This document shows positions 55,157 through 64,000 of a DNA stretch of 64,000 nucleotides, in pieces. The notes below the pieces were generated by a model. That model was given only the letters and a program-made list of their open reading frames with translations. It was not told the origin of the DNA and searched no databases. The translations under genes and the position numbers were made by a program. The stretch lies in assembly GCA_963677925.2 (NCBI GenBank), contig CAXXYH010000004.1:2240001-2304000 (forward strand). The letters run 5' to 3'. Origin of the DNA: Spirochaetia bacterium. Lineage in GTDB: Bacteria; Spirochaetota; Spirochaetia; UBA9216. Each line of letters opens with the position of its first letter. Positions within the stretch are counted from its first letter, which is position 1.

Positions 55157-56272
55157 ATGAGCGACGGATCATTGTCTCAAGACGAAATTGATGCTTTACT
55201 CCAGGGTGGAGATATGGGATTAGGCAGCGCTCCTTCCGGAGGCGGCAGTTCGAATAACGGAGGTCTTTCCGCAAAAGAAATCTCTGATTTTACAGGTATA
55301 ATTCAGGAACTTATTCCCAGTCAGGCGCAGAACCTTTCAAATATGGTGGGCGACAGTGTTGATATGACCTCACCCAGGGTTGAGGTTGTAAGCAGGGATG
55401 AACTGATATCATCACTTCCGGGTGAAGTGGTTGAAATCAGTCTCGATTTTCAGGATCAGGTAAGCGGAAAACATTCATATATCATAGGCCCTGAAGCGGC
55501 TACCACCATCGCCGGTCTGATGATGGGCCAGGAAGATGTGGAGCTCAACGAAGCCGCTCTTTCTGCAATTGAAGAAGCAGCAAATACCCTTGCGGGATCA
55601 GCGGCTACTGTATTCGGAGAGAAAAGCGGTAAATCTGTACTTACTTCACCGGGTGCAACAAAGAGCGTTTCATCCTCAGAGATTGCCTTTCCTGAAGACT
55701 CAGTTGTAAAGGTTACTTATCAGACAAAGATAGACGGTAAGGATGCAACGGAATTTGTTGAAGCTTTCGGAGTTGATATAGTAAAAGGAATACTTGGAAC
55801 CCCGGCAGCACAGGCTGCACCTAATCCCGGAATGGGCATGGGGATGAATATGGGCGGCGGAGCGCCTTCCATGGGCGGAGGGTTCATGGGCGGCGGAAAT
55901 GCAGCGGCATCAATGGGCGGTGGAATGGATATGTTTGGTATGGGACAGCCAACTCCCAATGTTCAGGCTCTTCAGTTTCCTGATCTTAATCCGCATACAG
56001 TAGCGGCAGAACAGGGTAATATCGGTCTTCTCATGGATGTTTACATGGAGATGACTGTTGAACTTGGTAGAACAAAGAAACTTATAAAAGAAATACTCGG
56101 TATGGGCGAAGGTACCATTATCGAACTTGATAAACTCGCAGGTGAACCGGTAGACATTCTTGTCAATCACAAGCTGATTGCCAAAGGTGAGGTTGTAGTT
56201 ATCGACGAAAACTTCGGTGTTCGTGTAACTGAAATCGTATCACCGATTGACCGTGTGGAGGGTATGGGCTAG
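55157..56272 (+). CDS. fliY: Flagellar motor switch protein FliY/FliN
   Basis: LSQDEIDALL, CheC-like domain (EAANTLAGSAAT), Gly/Met linker, C-terminal FliN domain (GEVVVIDENFGVRV). Confidence 0.9.
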   Translation: MSDGSLSQDEIDALLQGGDMGLGSAPSGGGSSNNGGLSAKEISDFTGIIQELIPSQAQNLSNMVGDSVDMTSPRVEVVSRDELISSLPGEVVEISLDFQDQVSGKHSYIIGPEAATTIAGLMMGQEDVELNEAALSAIEEAANTLAGSAATVFGEKSGKSVLTSPGATKSVSSSEIAFPEDSVVKVTYQTKIDGKDATEFVEAFGVDIVKGILGTPAAQAAPNPGMGMGMNMGGGAPSMGGGFMGGGNAAASMGGGMDMFGMGQPTPNVQALQFPDLNPHTVAAEQGNIGLLMDVYMEMTVELGRTKKLIKEILGMGEGTIIELDKLAGEPVDILVNHKLIAKGEVVVIDENFGVRVTEIVSPIDRVEGMG

Positions 56273-56293
56273 AAATAATTTTCGGGAGGGGAA

Positions 56294-56869
56294 ATGAAAA
56301 AACTTGCTCTTATTATGACCGCAGTAATGATGATTATTGCGGTCGACGTGTATTCTCAGCAGAATTTCACCGATGAAACTGCAATAATCCTCGACGATGA
56401 AGCTCCGCAGGCGGAAACTGATGCCGCAGCCGGAGCTTATTTTACGATCTGGGATTTTGTAAAGGTTATTCTGATACTCGGTGCGGTAATACTTATAATA
56501 TATGCGGTATTCTTTTTTCTCAGGAAATCGGGCAAACGCGGTTTTCAGGACAATGAAATAATCAATATTGTCTCAAGCAAGGCTCTGACTCAGGGGACAT
56601 CAGTGCATATCATTGAAGTTGCCGGAAAATATCACCTTATCGGATGCGCAGAGTCTTCGGTATCGATGCTGTCCGAAATTCTGGACAAGGAATCGATTGA
56701 TGAACTAAAGCTTAAATCACCGCAGGAAAATCAGGTAAACAAGAATTTTTCAGACCTGTTCAGCAGTATATTCGGGAGCGGCAGATCTTCCGGGCGCAAC
56801 ATCGATGAAAAAATAGCTTCCAACCGAAAAATTTTACAGAATCAGACAGAAAGATTAAAAAAAATGTAG
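56294..56869 (+). CDS. fliO: Flagellar biosynthesis protein FliO/FliZ
   Basis: Signal, TM, SVHIIEVAGKYHLIG, before fliP. Confidence 0.85.
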   Translation: MKKLALIMTAVMMIIAVDVYSQQNFTDETAIILDDEAPQAETDAAAGAYFTIWDFVKVILILGAVILIIYAVFFFLRKSGKRGFQDNEIINIVSSKALTQGTSVHIIEVAGKYHLIGCAESSVSMLSEILDKESIDELKLKSPQENQVNKNFSDLFSSIFGSGRSSGRNIDEKIASNRKILQNQTERLKKM

Positions 56870-56921
56870 CAAAAATACCGGAAAATGTGTTAAAATTTGG
56901 TTGTCATTACCTGGGGGGGGA

Positions 56922-57710
56922 ATGAAAAAGTTATTGATGTTTCTGTGCGTTGTTACGGCACTGTTCGTAATAGTACCGCACGGGGTCCATGCGCAGGAAG
57001 CGGTAGATCCGGATGCTGCAGCTGGGCTAAATATACCATTTGTAGATCTCACAATTTCTCAGCCTGAAAATAATCAGGAAGTAGCTCTGTCCATTCAGCT
57101 GCTGCTTCTTCTTGCTGTGATCACCCTTTCTCCCTCAATAGTAATATTAACTACAAGTTTTCTCAGGGTTTCAATTATTCTGGATTTTATAAGAAGATCG
57201 CTTTCTCTTCAGCAGGTCCCCCCCAATACCGTACTGAACGGCATAGCGCTCTTTTTAACGATATTTATTATGTGGCCCACACTTACGGATGTTTACGACA
57301 ACGGGTTCAGGCCCTTTGCCGAGGGAGAGATAGGTGTGGAGGAGCTTTATCAGGAAACCGAAGGCCCCCTCAGGCTCTTCATGTACAAACAGATGGACGG
57401 AAACTACGGTAATATTCAGCTGTTCATGAAGATGTCGGATCTTGATAAGCCGGAAACCGCAGCTGATGTTCCGACCTACGTGCTGATTCCTGCATTTATA
57501 CTGCATGAACTGACTGTGGCATTTAAAATAGGAATACTGCTGTTTATTCCTTTCATCATCATAGACATGATTGTCGCTTCGACACTTATGTCCATGGGTA
57601 TGATAATGCTGCCTCCGGCTATGATTTCTCTCCCCTTTAAACTGATACTTTTTGTTCTTGTTGACGGATGGAACCTGATTACACAGCAGGTTATCCTGAG
57701 TTTTATGTAG
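56922..57710 (+). CDS. fliP: Flagellar export gate protein FliP
   Basis: TSFLR, QVPPN, IPAFILHEL, MSMGMIMLPP, LFVLVDGW. Confidence 0.96.
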   Translation: MKKLLMFLCVVTALFVIVPHGVHAQEAVDPDAAAGLNIPFVDLTISQPENNQEVALSIQLLLLLAVITLSPSIVILTTSFLRVSIILDFIRRSLSLQQVPPNTVLNGIALFLTIFIMWPTLTDVYDNGFRPFAEGEIGVEELYQETEGPLRLFMYKQMDGNYGNIQLFMKMSDLDKPETAADVPTYVLIPAFILHELTVAFKIGILLFIPFIIIDMIVASTLMSMGMIMLPPAMISLPFKLILFVLVDGWNLITQQVILSFM

Positions 57711-57719
57711 GAGTTGCTG

Positions 57720-57989
57720 ATGAGTATAGGATTTGTAACAGAATTAATAAGGGCTGGTGTTTTTCATGTTCTTATGCTTTCAGCCCCTGTTCTGCTCTCA
57801 GGACTTCTGGTAGGTCTTTTAATTTCCATATTTCAGGCTACAACCTCAATTCAGGAACAGACACTTACATTTGTACCCAAGATTGCAGCAATTCTGCTTG
57901 TACTTGTACTTACGTCGGAATGGATATTCACCTCACTGAGGCAGTATACCATTGAGATAATCCAGATGATACCTGAGATGACAGGCTGA
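57720..57989 (+). CDS. fliQ: Flagellar export gate protein FliQ
   Basis: FQATTSIQEQTLTFVPK. Confidence 0.96.
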   Translation: MSIGFVTELIRAGVFHVLMLSAPVLLSGLLVGLLISIFQATTSIQEQTLTFVPKIAAILLVLVLTSEWIFTSLRQYTIEIIQMIPEMTG

Positions 57990-58002
57990 GGGGAGTTTAT
58001 TT

Positions 58003-58800
58003 TTGACGCTGGCCTATATAGTAGCTGAAGCACAGATTTTTCTACTCATCCTTGTCCGGGTAATAGCTTTTATTGAGCTTGCGCCGGTTCTGTCTTCCAG
58101 TGCCGTCCCTCAGATTGGTAAAATTGGGCTTGCTGCTTTTACTGCGGCAGCCGTTCTTCCCTGGGTGGTTAAAAGCGGACTGTATGTCATTCCCGAAACC
58201 GGCGGGGCCTTCGTCTTCATGATTCTCGGTGAAGTTTTTATCGGAATAATATTCGGATTTTTTCTTATTATTATTACATCTGTATTTCAGCTGGCCGGTC
58301 AGTTCTTTTCTACTCAGATGGGATTTGCATCCTCCCAGGTTTTCGATCCCATGGCCCAGGTCCAGATTCCCCTTATGGGACAGTTTTTTAATCTCACCTC
58401 CATGCTGATTCTGCTCTCAATTAATGGTTTTCAGAAGATGTTTCTGGGCGCCGTATATACAGGTTTCAAAGTCCTTAATATAAGCCAGCTTCTGATAAAT
58501 AAAGATAATATCATAATGATGCTGCTCAAGAGCCTTTCAGGTCTTTTTGTACAGGCGCTTGTAATAGCTATGCCGATCATGGGGACACTTCTTCTTATGC
58601 AGGTTACAATGGGGCTTTTAGCCAAGGCTGCACCTCAGATGAACCTTTTGATGCTGTCTTTCCCAATGAATATTTTCATATCTTTTCTGGTTCTCTTTGC
58701 TGCCATGCCCTTCATTATCGAGTCTTTCGAAGCAATTCTTGATGCCGGATTTGAAGGTGTTAACCAGATGATGAAAACAGCAGTCGGAGTAAGCGGATGA
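58003..58800 (+). CDS. fliR: Flagellar export gate protein FliR
   Basis: AGQFFSTQMGF, FDP, KAAPQMN. TTG start. Confidence 0.94.
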   Translation: MTLAYIVAEAQIFLLILVRVIAFIELAPVLSSSAVPQIGKIGLAAFTAAAVLPWVVKSGLYVIPETGGAFVFMILGEVFIGIIFGFFLIIITSVFQLAGQFFSTQMGFASSQVFDPMAQVQIPLMGQFFNLTSMLILLSINGFQKMFLGAVYTGFKVLNISQLLINKDNIIMMLLKSLSGLFVQALVIAMPIMGTLLLMQVTMGLLAKAAPQMNLLMLSFPMNIFISFLVLFAAMPFIIESFEAILDAGFEGVNQMMKTAVGVSG

Positions 58801-59978
58801 GTATTTATATCAGCGGGAATCCCGGCAGTAATTCTGTAAACGATGTCCTCAGCAGATACCGCAGTACTCAGAATTCGGCATTTGATATTCATCTGCAGTG
58901 GTTTGCTCCCGAAGATGAAGGGCGTACTGAAGATCCGACCGAGTATAAACTCCGCAAGGCACGTGAGGAAGGCAAGGTCGCAAAATCGCCGGACCTGACC
59001 TCGGCGATAGTTTTGATTTTCTGTATAACAGGACTTGCCGCCTTTGGATCATCGATGATCACAGGGCTCCGTGATATGATGTACTTTTTCTTTTCAAAGT
59101 CTGCCGAGCTGGATCCTGTTTCTTCAACCGAAACAGGAATGGTTGCGCTTAGATATTTCATAAAGATTGCATTGCCTCTCGCCGCGGTAGCATTTACCGC
59201 CGCCTTTGCCGGCAATGTTTTTCAGGTAGGCCTTAAATTCTCGGCAAAACCCATAACTCCGGACTTAACCAAGATCGTGCCTAAAATCGGTAAATGGTTT
59301 CAGCGCTCCTTCGCCTCCGGAGAAGCCGCATTCAACCTGATGAAGTCCTTTGTAAAGATAATAATTGTTGGCGGCATCGCTTTTATAAATATCAGGATGG
59401 AATTTGATAAGCTGCTAAACCTAATCAAAATCCCCTTTCTTGATTCCTTCTCTATAGTTTCGGGAATAGCATTCCGGATAATGCTGGAAGCCGCCATATT
59501 TATGCTGATTTTTTCGATTGCCGACTACCGCTTTCAGAAAAAGCAGCATATCGACTCTTTGAAAATGTCCAAGCAGGAAGTCAAGGAGGAACGCAAGATG
59601 ACCGAGGGTGATCCTCTTATTAAAAGCAGGCTGAGAGAAAGAATGCGCGACATCATGACCAGGGATATGATTAGAAAGATCCCAGAGGCAGATGTTGTAA
59701 TCACAAACCCGACCCACTTTGCTGTTGTAATGCAGTGGGACCGTTCAAAGATGATAGCTCCAGTTGTAACGGCAAAGGGGCAGGATAATATGGCACTTAG
59801 AATCAGGGGGATAGCAACTGAACACAATGTCCCGATTATTGAAAATAAACCGCTTGCGCGTGCTCTGTACGCAGAGGTTGAAATAGGCGACGCAATTCCT
59901 GAAAACTATTATCAGGCAATGGCGGTAATTCTTGCGGAAGTCTACCGGATGCGCGGTGAAACGATGGAGGCTGTCTGA
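58797..59978 (+). CDS. flhB: Flagellar export switch protein FlhB
   Basis: RTEDPT, KAREEG, EGDPLIK, autocleavage NPTH, PLARAL. Confidence 0.96.
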   Translation: MSIYISGNPGSNSVNDVLSRYRSTQNSAFDIHLQWFAPEDEGRTEDPTEYKLRKAREEGKVAKSPDLTSAIVLIFCITGLAAFGSSMITGLRDMMYFFFSKSAELDPVSSTETGMVALRYFIKIALPLAAVAFTAAFAGNVFQVGLKFSAKPITPDLTKIVPKIGKWFQRSFASGEAAFNLMKSFVKIIIVGGIAFINIRMEFDKLLNLIKIPFLDSFSIVSGIAFRIMLEAAIFMLIFSIADYRFQKKQHIDSLKMSKQEVKEERKMTEGDPLIKSRLRERMRDIMTRDMIRKIPEADVVITNPTHFAVVMQWDRSKMIAPVVTAKGQDNMALRIRGIATEHNVPIIENKPLARALYAEVEIGDAIPENYYQAMAVILAEVYRMRGETMEAV

Positions 59979-62104
59979 TGGCTGAAAACAGACCCGGACT
60001 ACAGGGCTTTATTACTAACGCCCTTACCAGCCAGAAAACAGATGTTCTTGTAGCCGTAGGTGTAATCTTCATCGTAATGATGCTGCTTATACCGCTGCCG
60101 ACTGTTCTTCTGGACCTGCTGATGGCATCAAACCTTGTTTTGAGCATCATGATAATTCTTATTACTCTCTATACCAAGAAGGCTGTGGAGTTCTCAATTT
60201 TTCCAACACTTCTTCTGGTCACTACTATATTCAGTCTGGCGCTGAACGTATCCTCAACCAGACTGATTCTTTCAAAGGGTGCTGAGTTTGACGGAAGAAT
60301 TGTAACCGGTTTCGCAAACTTCGTTGTCGGTACTTCCGGAAACGAAGGTCTGGTTATCGGACTTATTATCTTTATAATTCTTATAGCGGTTCAGTTTGTA
60401 GTAATTACAAAGGGTGCTACCAGAGTTGCAGAAGTTGCAGCAAGATTTACTCTTGATTCTCTGCCCGGTAAGCAGATGGCTATCGAAGCAGAGTATAATT
60501 CCGGGGCGATCACTGAAGATGAAGCTACAAAGAAAAAGGCGGAACTCCAGAAGGAAGCCGACTTTTACGGGGCCATGGACGGAGCTTCAAAGTTTGTCTC
60601 CGGTAACGTTAAGATAGGTATCCTTATGACGGTTATTAATATCGTCGGCGGACTGGTTGTAGGAATGCTCCTGCACGGCGAGCCTGCTTCATCTGCCCTG
60701 TCTAACTATATAACATTTGCAATCGGCGACGGCCTTGTCAGTCAGTTTCCTGCACTGTTTATATCAACAGCTACCGGTCTTATCGTTACAAGAGCTATAT
60801 CAGACGGAACCTTCGGACAGGATATTTCGGTACAGTTTTCATCCCAGGCTCAGATTTACTTTGTGGGAGCCGCTTTCCTCGTAGTTCTGGGCGTGCTTCC
60901 CGGATTTCCCTGGTATGTTCTTATTCCTCTTGCAGCCCTGCTGTTTGTTGTAGGATTCAGGCTAAGAAAGAAGGAAGCCCACAAGAAAAGCTTTGAGGAA
61001 ATGGAGGCTGAATCCGGCCAGCAGGCTCATGAAGCACCGGCGGAAATCTCTCCTGTTGTTCCGCTCGATCAGCTCTCTCTTGAACTCGGTTACGGACTGA
61101 TTCCCCTTGTAGATAAGGACCACGGAGCAGAGCTGCTTGATCGAATAACCAGAATAAGACGCGAATCCGCCCTTGAACTGGGGCTTGTTGTTCCCAAGAT
61201 TAGAATTGTAGACAATATGCGGCTTGAACCCGCTGAGTACTGCATAAAGATAAAGGGTGTAGAAGTCGGAAAGGCTGTCATCAGGGCAGGGCTGTATCTG
61301 GCAATAAATCCGGGCAATGTTGAGGATGAAGTTGAAGGTGAAGCTACATATGATCCTACATTTCATCTTCCCGCCAAGTGGATTACCGAGGACGACAGAG
61401 ATCGTGCAGAGCGGGCCGGCTATACAGTCGTAGACTCTCCGTCAATTATTGCAACGCATCTGACTGAAATTATCCGCAAGCATGCCCGGGAAATGCTCGG
61501 CCGTCAGGAAGTTCAGAAAATTCTCGACACGCTGCGCAATGATTATCCCGCTGTAATTGATGAAATTTCAAAACTGATGTCCACCGGCGAGATTCAGAAA
61601 GTCCTTCAGGGACTTCTTGCCGAGCAGGTTTCAATCAGAAATATGGTTCCGATTCTTGAAACACTTGCAGACTACGCCTCGGTTACAAAGGAAACCAGCT
61701 TCCTTATTGAGAAGGTCCGCCAGACACTTTCCAGGCAGATCAGCCTTCAGTATTCTGACGAGGATCGGACAATGAGGGTTCTTACGGTAAATCCGGAGAT
61801 AGAGCAGCTTATAGGTGAGTCAAGAATTGAAACAGCCTCCGGAGTAATGGCTGCTCTTGAGCCGTCAATACACCGTAAATGGATAAACAGCGTTGCAAAT
61901 GCTATCCACGGTGTAGAGCAGATGGGTTTTTTTCCGGTAATTCTCTGTTCTGAGGCTGTAAGAGCTCTGGTTAAATCGAGTCTTAAGCGGGATTTTCCCG
62001 GAATAGTGGTTCTTTCAGTACCGGAAGTAGTGTCGAATGTCAGGGTTGAGTCGGTGGGTGAAATATCCTTTGAAGAAAGTTACGAAGAACAAGAGGTTAG
62101 ATAG
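59978..62104 (+). CDS. flhA: Flagellar export protein FlhA
   Basis: LNVSSTRLIL, RVAEVAARFTLD, PGKQMAI, FYGAMDGASKFV, IGDGLVSQ. Confidence 0.97.
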   Translation: MAENRPGLQGFITNALTSQKTDVLVAVGVIFIVMMLLIPLPTVLLDLLMASNLVLSIMIILITLYTKKAVEFSIFPTLLLVTTIFSLALNVSSTRLILSKGAEFDGRIVTGFANFVVGTSGNEGLVIGLIIFIILIAVQFVVITKGATRVAEVAARFTLDSLPGKQMAIEAEYNSGAITEDEATKKKAELQKEADFYGAMDGASKFVSGNVKIGILMTVINIVGGLVVGMLLHGEPASSALSNYITFAIGDGLVSQFPALFISTATGLIVTRAISDGTFGQDISVQFSSQAQIYFVGAAFLVVLGVLPGFPWYVLIPLAALLFVVGFRLRKKEAHKKSFEEMEAESGQQAHEAPAEISPVVPLDQLSLELGYGLIPLVDKDHGAELLDRITRIRRESALELGLVVPKIRIVDNMRLEPAEYCIKIKGVEVGKAVIRAGLYLAINPGNVEDEVEGEATYDPTFHLPAKWITEDDRDRAERAGYTVVDSPSIIATHLTEIIRKHAREMLGRQEVQKILDTLRNDYPAVIDEISKLMSTGEIQKVLQGLLAEQVSIRNMVPILETLADYASVTKETSFLIEKVRQTLSRQISLQYSDEDRTMRVLTVNPEIEQLIGESRIETASGVMAALEPSIHRKWINSVANAIHGVEQMGFFPVILCSEAVRALVKSSLKRDFPGIVVLSVPEVVSNVRVESVGEISFEESYEEQEVR

Positions 62105-62107
62105 CAG

Positions 62108-63280
62108 ATGGAATACTTTAAAGAACAGGGCAGTTCTTACATGGAAGCCGTTACAAAGGTAAAGACCAAGTACGGCGAACGTGCAAAAATCCTTAATCAC
62201 CGAAGCATCCGGTACGGCGGCTTTCTGGGCGTCTTCTCAAAGGAAGGCGTTGAGGTTGAAGGATACGTCAACAAGGACACTATGATTCCCGCAATGAGGA
62301 ATCTTGATGAGGAAAAAAAGAAGATTATTGCCGCCGCCGGTGTGAAACGTGATGATACGCTGTCCAAAGTTCTTGATATGGTCAAATCCATCGATGAAAA
62401 AATCGAATCAGGTAAAACAGGAACTGCACCTTCAGAGCCGGAATCAATTGAGAAGATTGAACAGCTTCTTGTTGATAATGATTTTTCCTACAGATTCATC
62501 AAAAACATGAAACAGCGGCTTAAAAGTGAGCTTTCACTGGAGCAGCTGAATGATTTTGATGAGGTTCAGGAAAAGACTCTTGAATGGATTGGTAAAAGCA
62601 TCTCTGTATACCGCGATGACCAGCCAAGGAAAAACAGGGTTATCATACTTGTAGGACCAACCGGTGTAGGTAAAACTACAACTATCGCCAAGCTTGCAGC
62701 TTTAAACGGACTTGGAATTAAAGGCGAATCACCAAAAAGTGTCAGGCTTATCACGATAGATAATTACAGGATAGGTGCCAAGGGACAGATTCAGACCTAT
62801 GGAGATTTAATGAATATTCCTGTATCATGTGTTGAAACTATTGATGAGTTAAAAAACAAGATACTGCTTTACCAGCAGGCCGATATGATTCTTGTTGATA
62901 CAATGGGCAGATCTCCCAGGGATTATCAGAACCTTGCACAAATGAGAGAACTGCTTGAGGCATGCGGAAACAATACAGAAATTTATCTGACCGTAAGCTC
63001 CACAACCAAGGCAGGAGATCTTGAGTCCATTTTTCAGGAATTTATGCCTTTTAAATATTGCGGCGTCATTCTTACAAAGCTTGATGAAACAATGAAACTT
63101 GGAAATATTATCAGTGTTCTCAGCGGAAAAGATGTTCCGGTGGCGTATCTTACCGACGGACAGGGCGTACCGCAGGATATAGAGAGAGCTGATGTAATGC
63201 GGTTATTGAGGAATCTTGAAGGTTTCAGTGTCAATAATGATAAATTGAGCCGTGAACTGGCTGAAACTTTAACTATTTAA
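62108..63280 (+). CDS. flhF: SRP-family GTPase FlhF
   Basis: GPTGVGKTTTIAKLA, DNYRIGA, DTMG, TKLDET, GQGVPQDI. Confidence 0.95.
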   Translation: MEYFKEQGSSYMEAVTKVKTKYGERAKILNHRSIRYGGFLGVFSKEGVEVEGYVNKDTMIPAMRNLDEEKKKIIAAAGVKRDDTLSKVLDMVKSIDEKIESGKTGTAPSEPESIEKIEQLLVDNDFSYRFIKNMKQRLKSELSLEQLNDFDEVQEKTLEWIGKSISVYRDDQPRKNRVIILVGPTGVGKTTTIAKLAALNGLGIKGESPKSVRLITIDNYRIGAKGQIQTYGDLMNIPVSCVETIDELKNKILLYQQADMILVDTMGRSPRDYQNLAQMRELLEACGNNTEIYLTVSSTTKAGDLESIFQEFMPFKYCGVILTKLDETMKLGNIISVLSGKDVPVAYLTDGQGVPQDIERADVMRLLRNLEGFSVNNDKLSRELAETLTI

Positions 63281-63292
63281 TTGGAGTGACTT

Positions 63293-64000
63293 ATGACTGA
63301 CCAGGCCGAACAGTTGCGGGAAATGATGAAGGGACGCCAGAACGGCGGTTCTGAAAAAAATGAAAATAAGACACGTATTATTGCTGTATCAAGCGGTAAG
63401 GGCGGTGTCGGAAAAACAAATATATCTGTAAATCTTGCCATAGCCTATGCTCAGCTTGGAAAGAAAGTAATAGTGCTTGATGCCGATCTTGGTCTTGCCA
63501 ACGTCAATGTTGCACTTGGTATAATTCCAAAGCACAACCTGTATCATGTTATCAGAAAACAGAAAAACATGAAGGATATTATAATTGACACCAGCTACGG
63601 GATCCAGATTGTAGCAGGTGCTTCCGGTTTTTCGAAGATCGCAAATTTGAGTGATGAGGAACGTGATACCTTCATACATGAAGTTGCCGATCTTTCTATC
63701 GCTGACGTTATCATTATAGATACCAGCGCAGGTGTTTCCAATAATGTTCTTGCATTCATAGCTGCCGCTGATGATGCAATAATTGTGACTACACCCGAGC
63801 CTACAGCTATCACAGATGCGTACGGAATAATAAAGATCATTGCTACTGAAATAGATAACATGAATCTCTCACTTAAGCTGATTGTCAACAGGGTAAAAAG
63901 TGTTACTGAAGGCAAGAAGGTTTCAGAAAGAGTTATCAGTATAGCGGGACAGTTTCTGAATCTGAAGGTTGACTATCTTGGTTACGTGTATGACGACCCG
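63293..64000 (+). CDS. flhG: MinD-like ATPase FlhG (truncated by window end)
   Basis: ATG 63293: MTDQAEQLR...[14 protein letters not shown]...DADLGLAN...[12 protein letters not shown], open to the end. Not in the ORF track. Confidence 0.93.
   Translation, partial: MTDQAEQLREMMKGRQNGGSEKNENKTRIIAVSSGKGGVGKTNISVNLAIAYAQLGKKVIVLDADLGLANVNVALGIIPKHNLYHVIRKQKNMKDIIIDTSYGIQIVAGASGFSKIANLSDEERDTFIHEVADLSIADVIIIDTSAGVSNNVLAFIAAADDAIIVTTPEPTAITDAYGIIKIIATEIDNMNLSLKLIVNRVKSVTEGKKVSERVISIAGQFLNLKVDYLGYVYDDP

Noticed and set aside
55830-55945. ATGGGCGG repeats as a CRISPR or DNA-level repeat array
   Set aside because: Units are short, in frame and irregular, and encode the Gly/Met linker of FliY. There are no spacers or cas genes.
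1-64000. tRNA, rRNA, known riboswitch, dif site, IS element or defence system
   Set aside because: None recognised by eye and intergenic regions are short. An Infernal/Rfam, tRNAscan and DefenseFinder run would be needed to exclude them formally.

Overview
A 64-kb chromosomal window from a spirochaete (Spirochaetia). The assignment rests on the FlbB collar protein, a FlgE with the treponemal lysinoalanine residues, 'FAGGQSE'-type signal peptides and the gene order. The class II photolyase suggests a free-living lineage. 1-24 kb is mixed accessory and housekeeping DNA: a 4Fe-4S membrane protein, an FHA-GGDEF cyclase, an agmatine/putrescine uptake and catabolism operon (potABCD-patA-aguB-aguA) downstream of an AcrR-like TetR gene and an AcrR-type operator, an esterase, the photolyase, cheW-degenerate DegT-nadK-recN, cdd, a degenerate M23 protein, a methyltransferase and DUF4912-GH57. 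From 24.5 kb to the end is one co-oriented super-cluster: dcw (mraZ-ftsZ), xerD-TPR-dprA-topA-xerC-hslVU, and the flagellar basal body/motor/export genes flgB-flhG. I found no tRNA, rRNA, CRISPR, prophage or IS element. Most genes belong to known families and no clearly new multi-gene system is demonstrable from sequence alone. The best leads are: (i) AcrR-type control of a polyamine operon, (ii) mutually exclusive RNA hairpins between fliH and fliI, (iii) an 80-aa gene with a probable CTG start missed by the ORF track, (iv) two pseudo-enzymes, and (v) a Prp-like LQWFA motif at the FlhB N-terminus. All calls come from motif recognition, with no database searches run.
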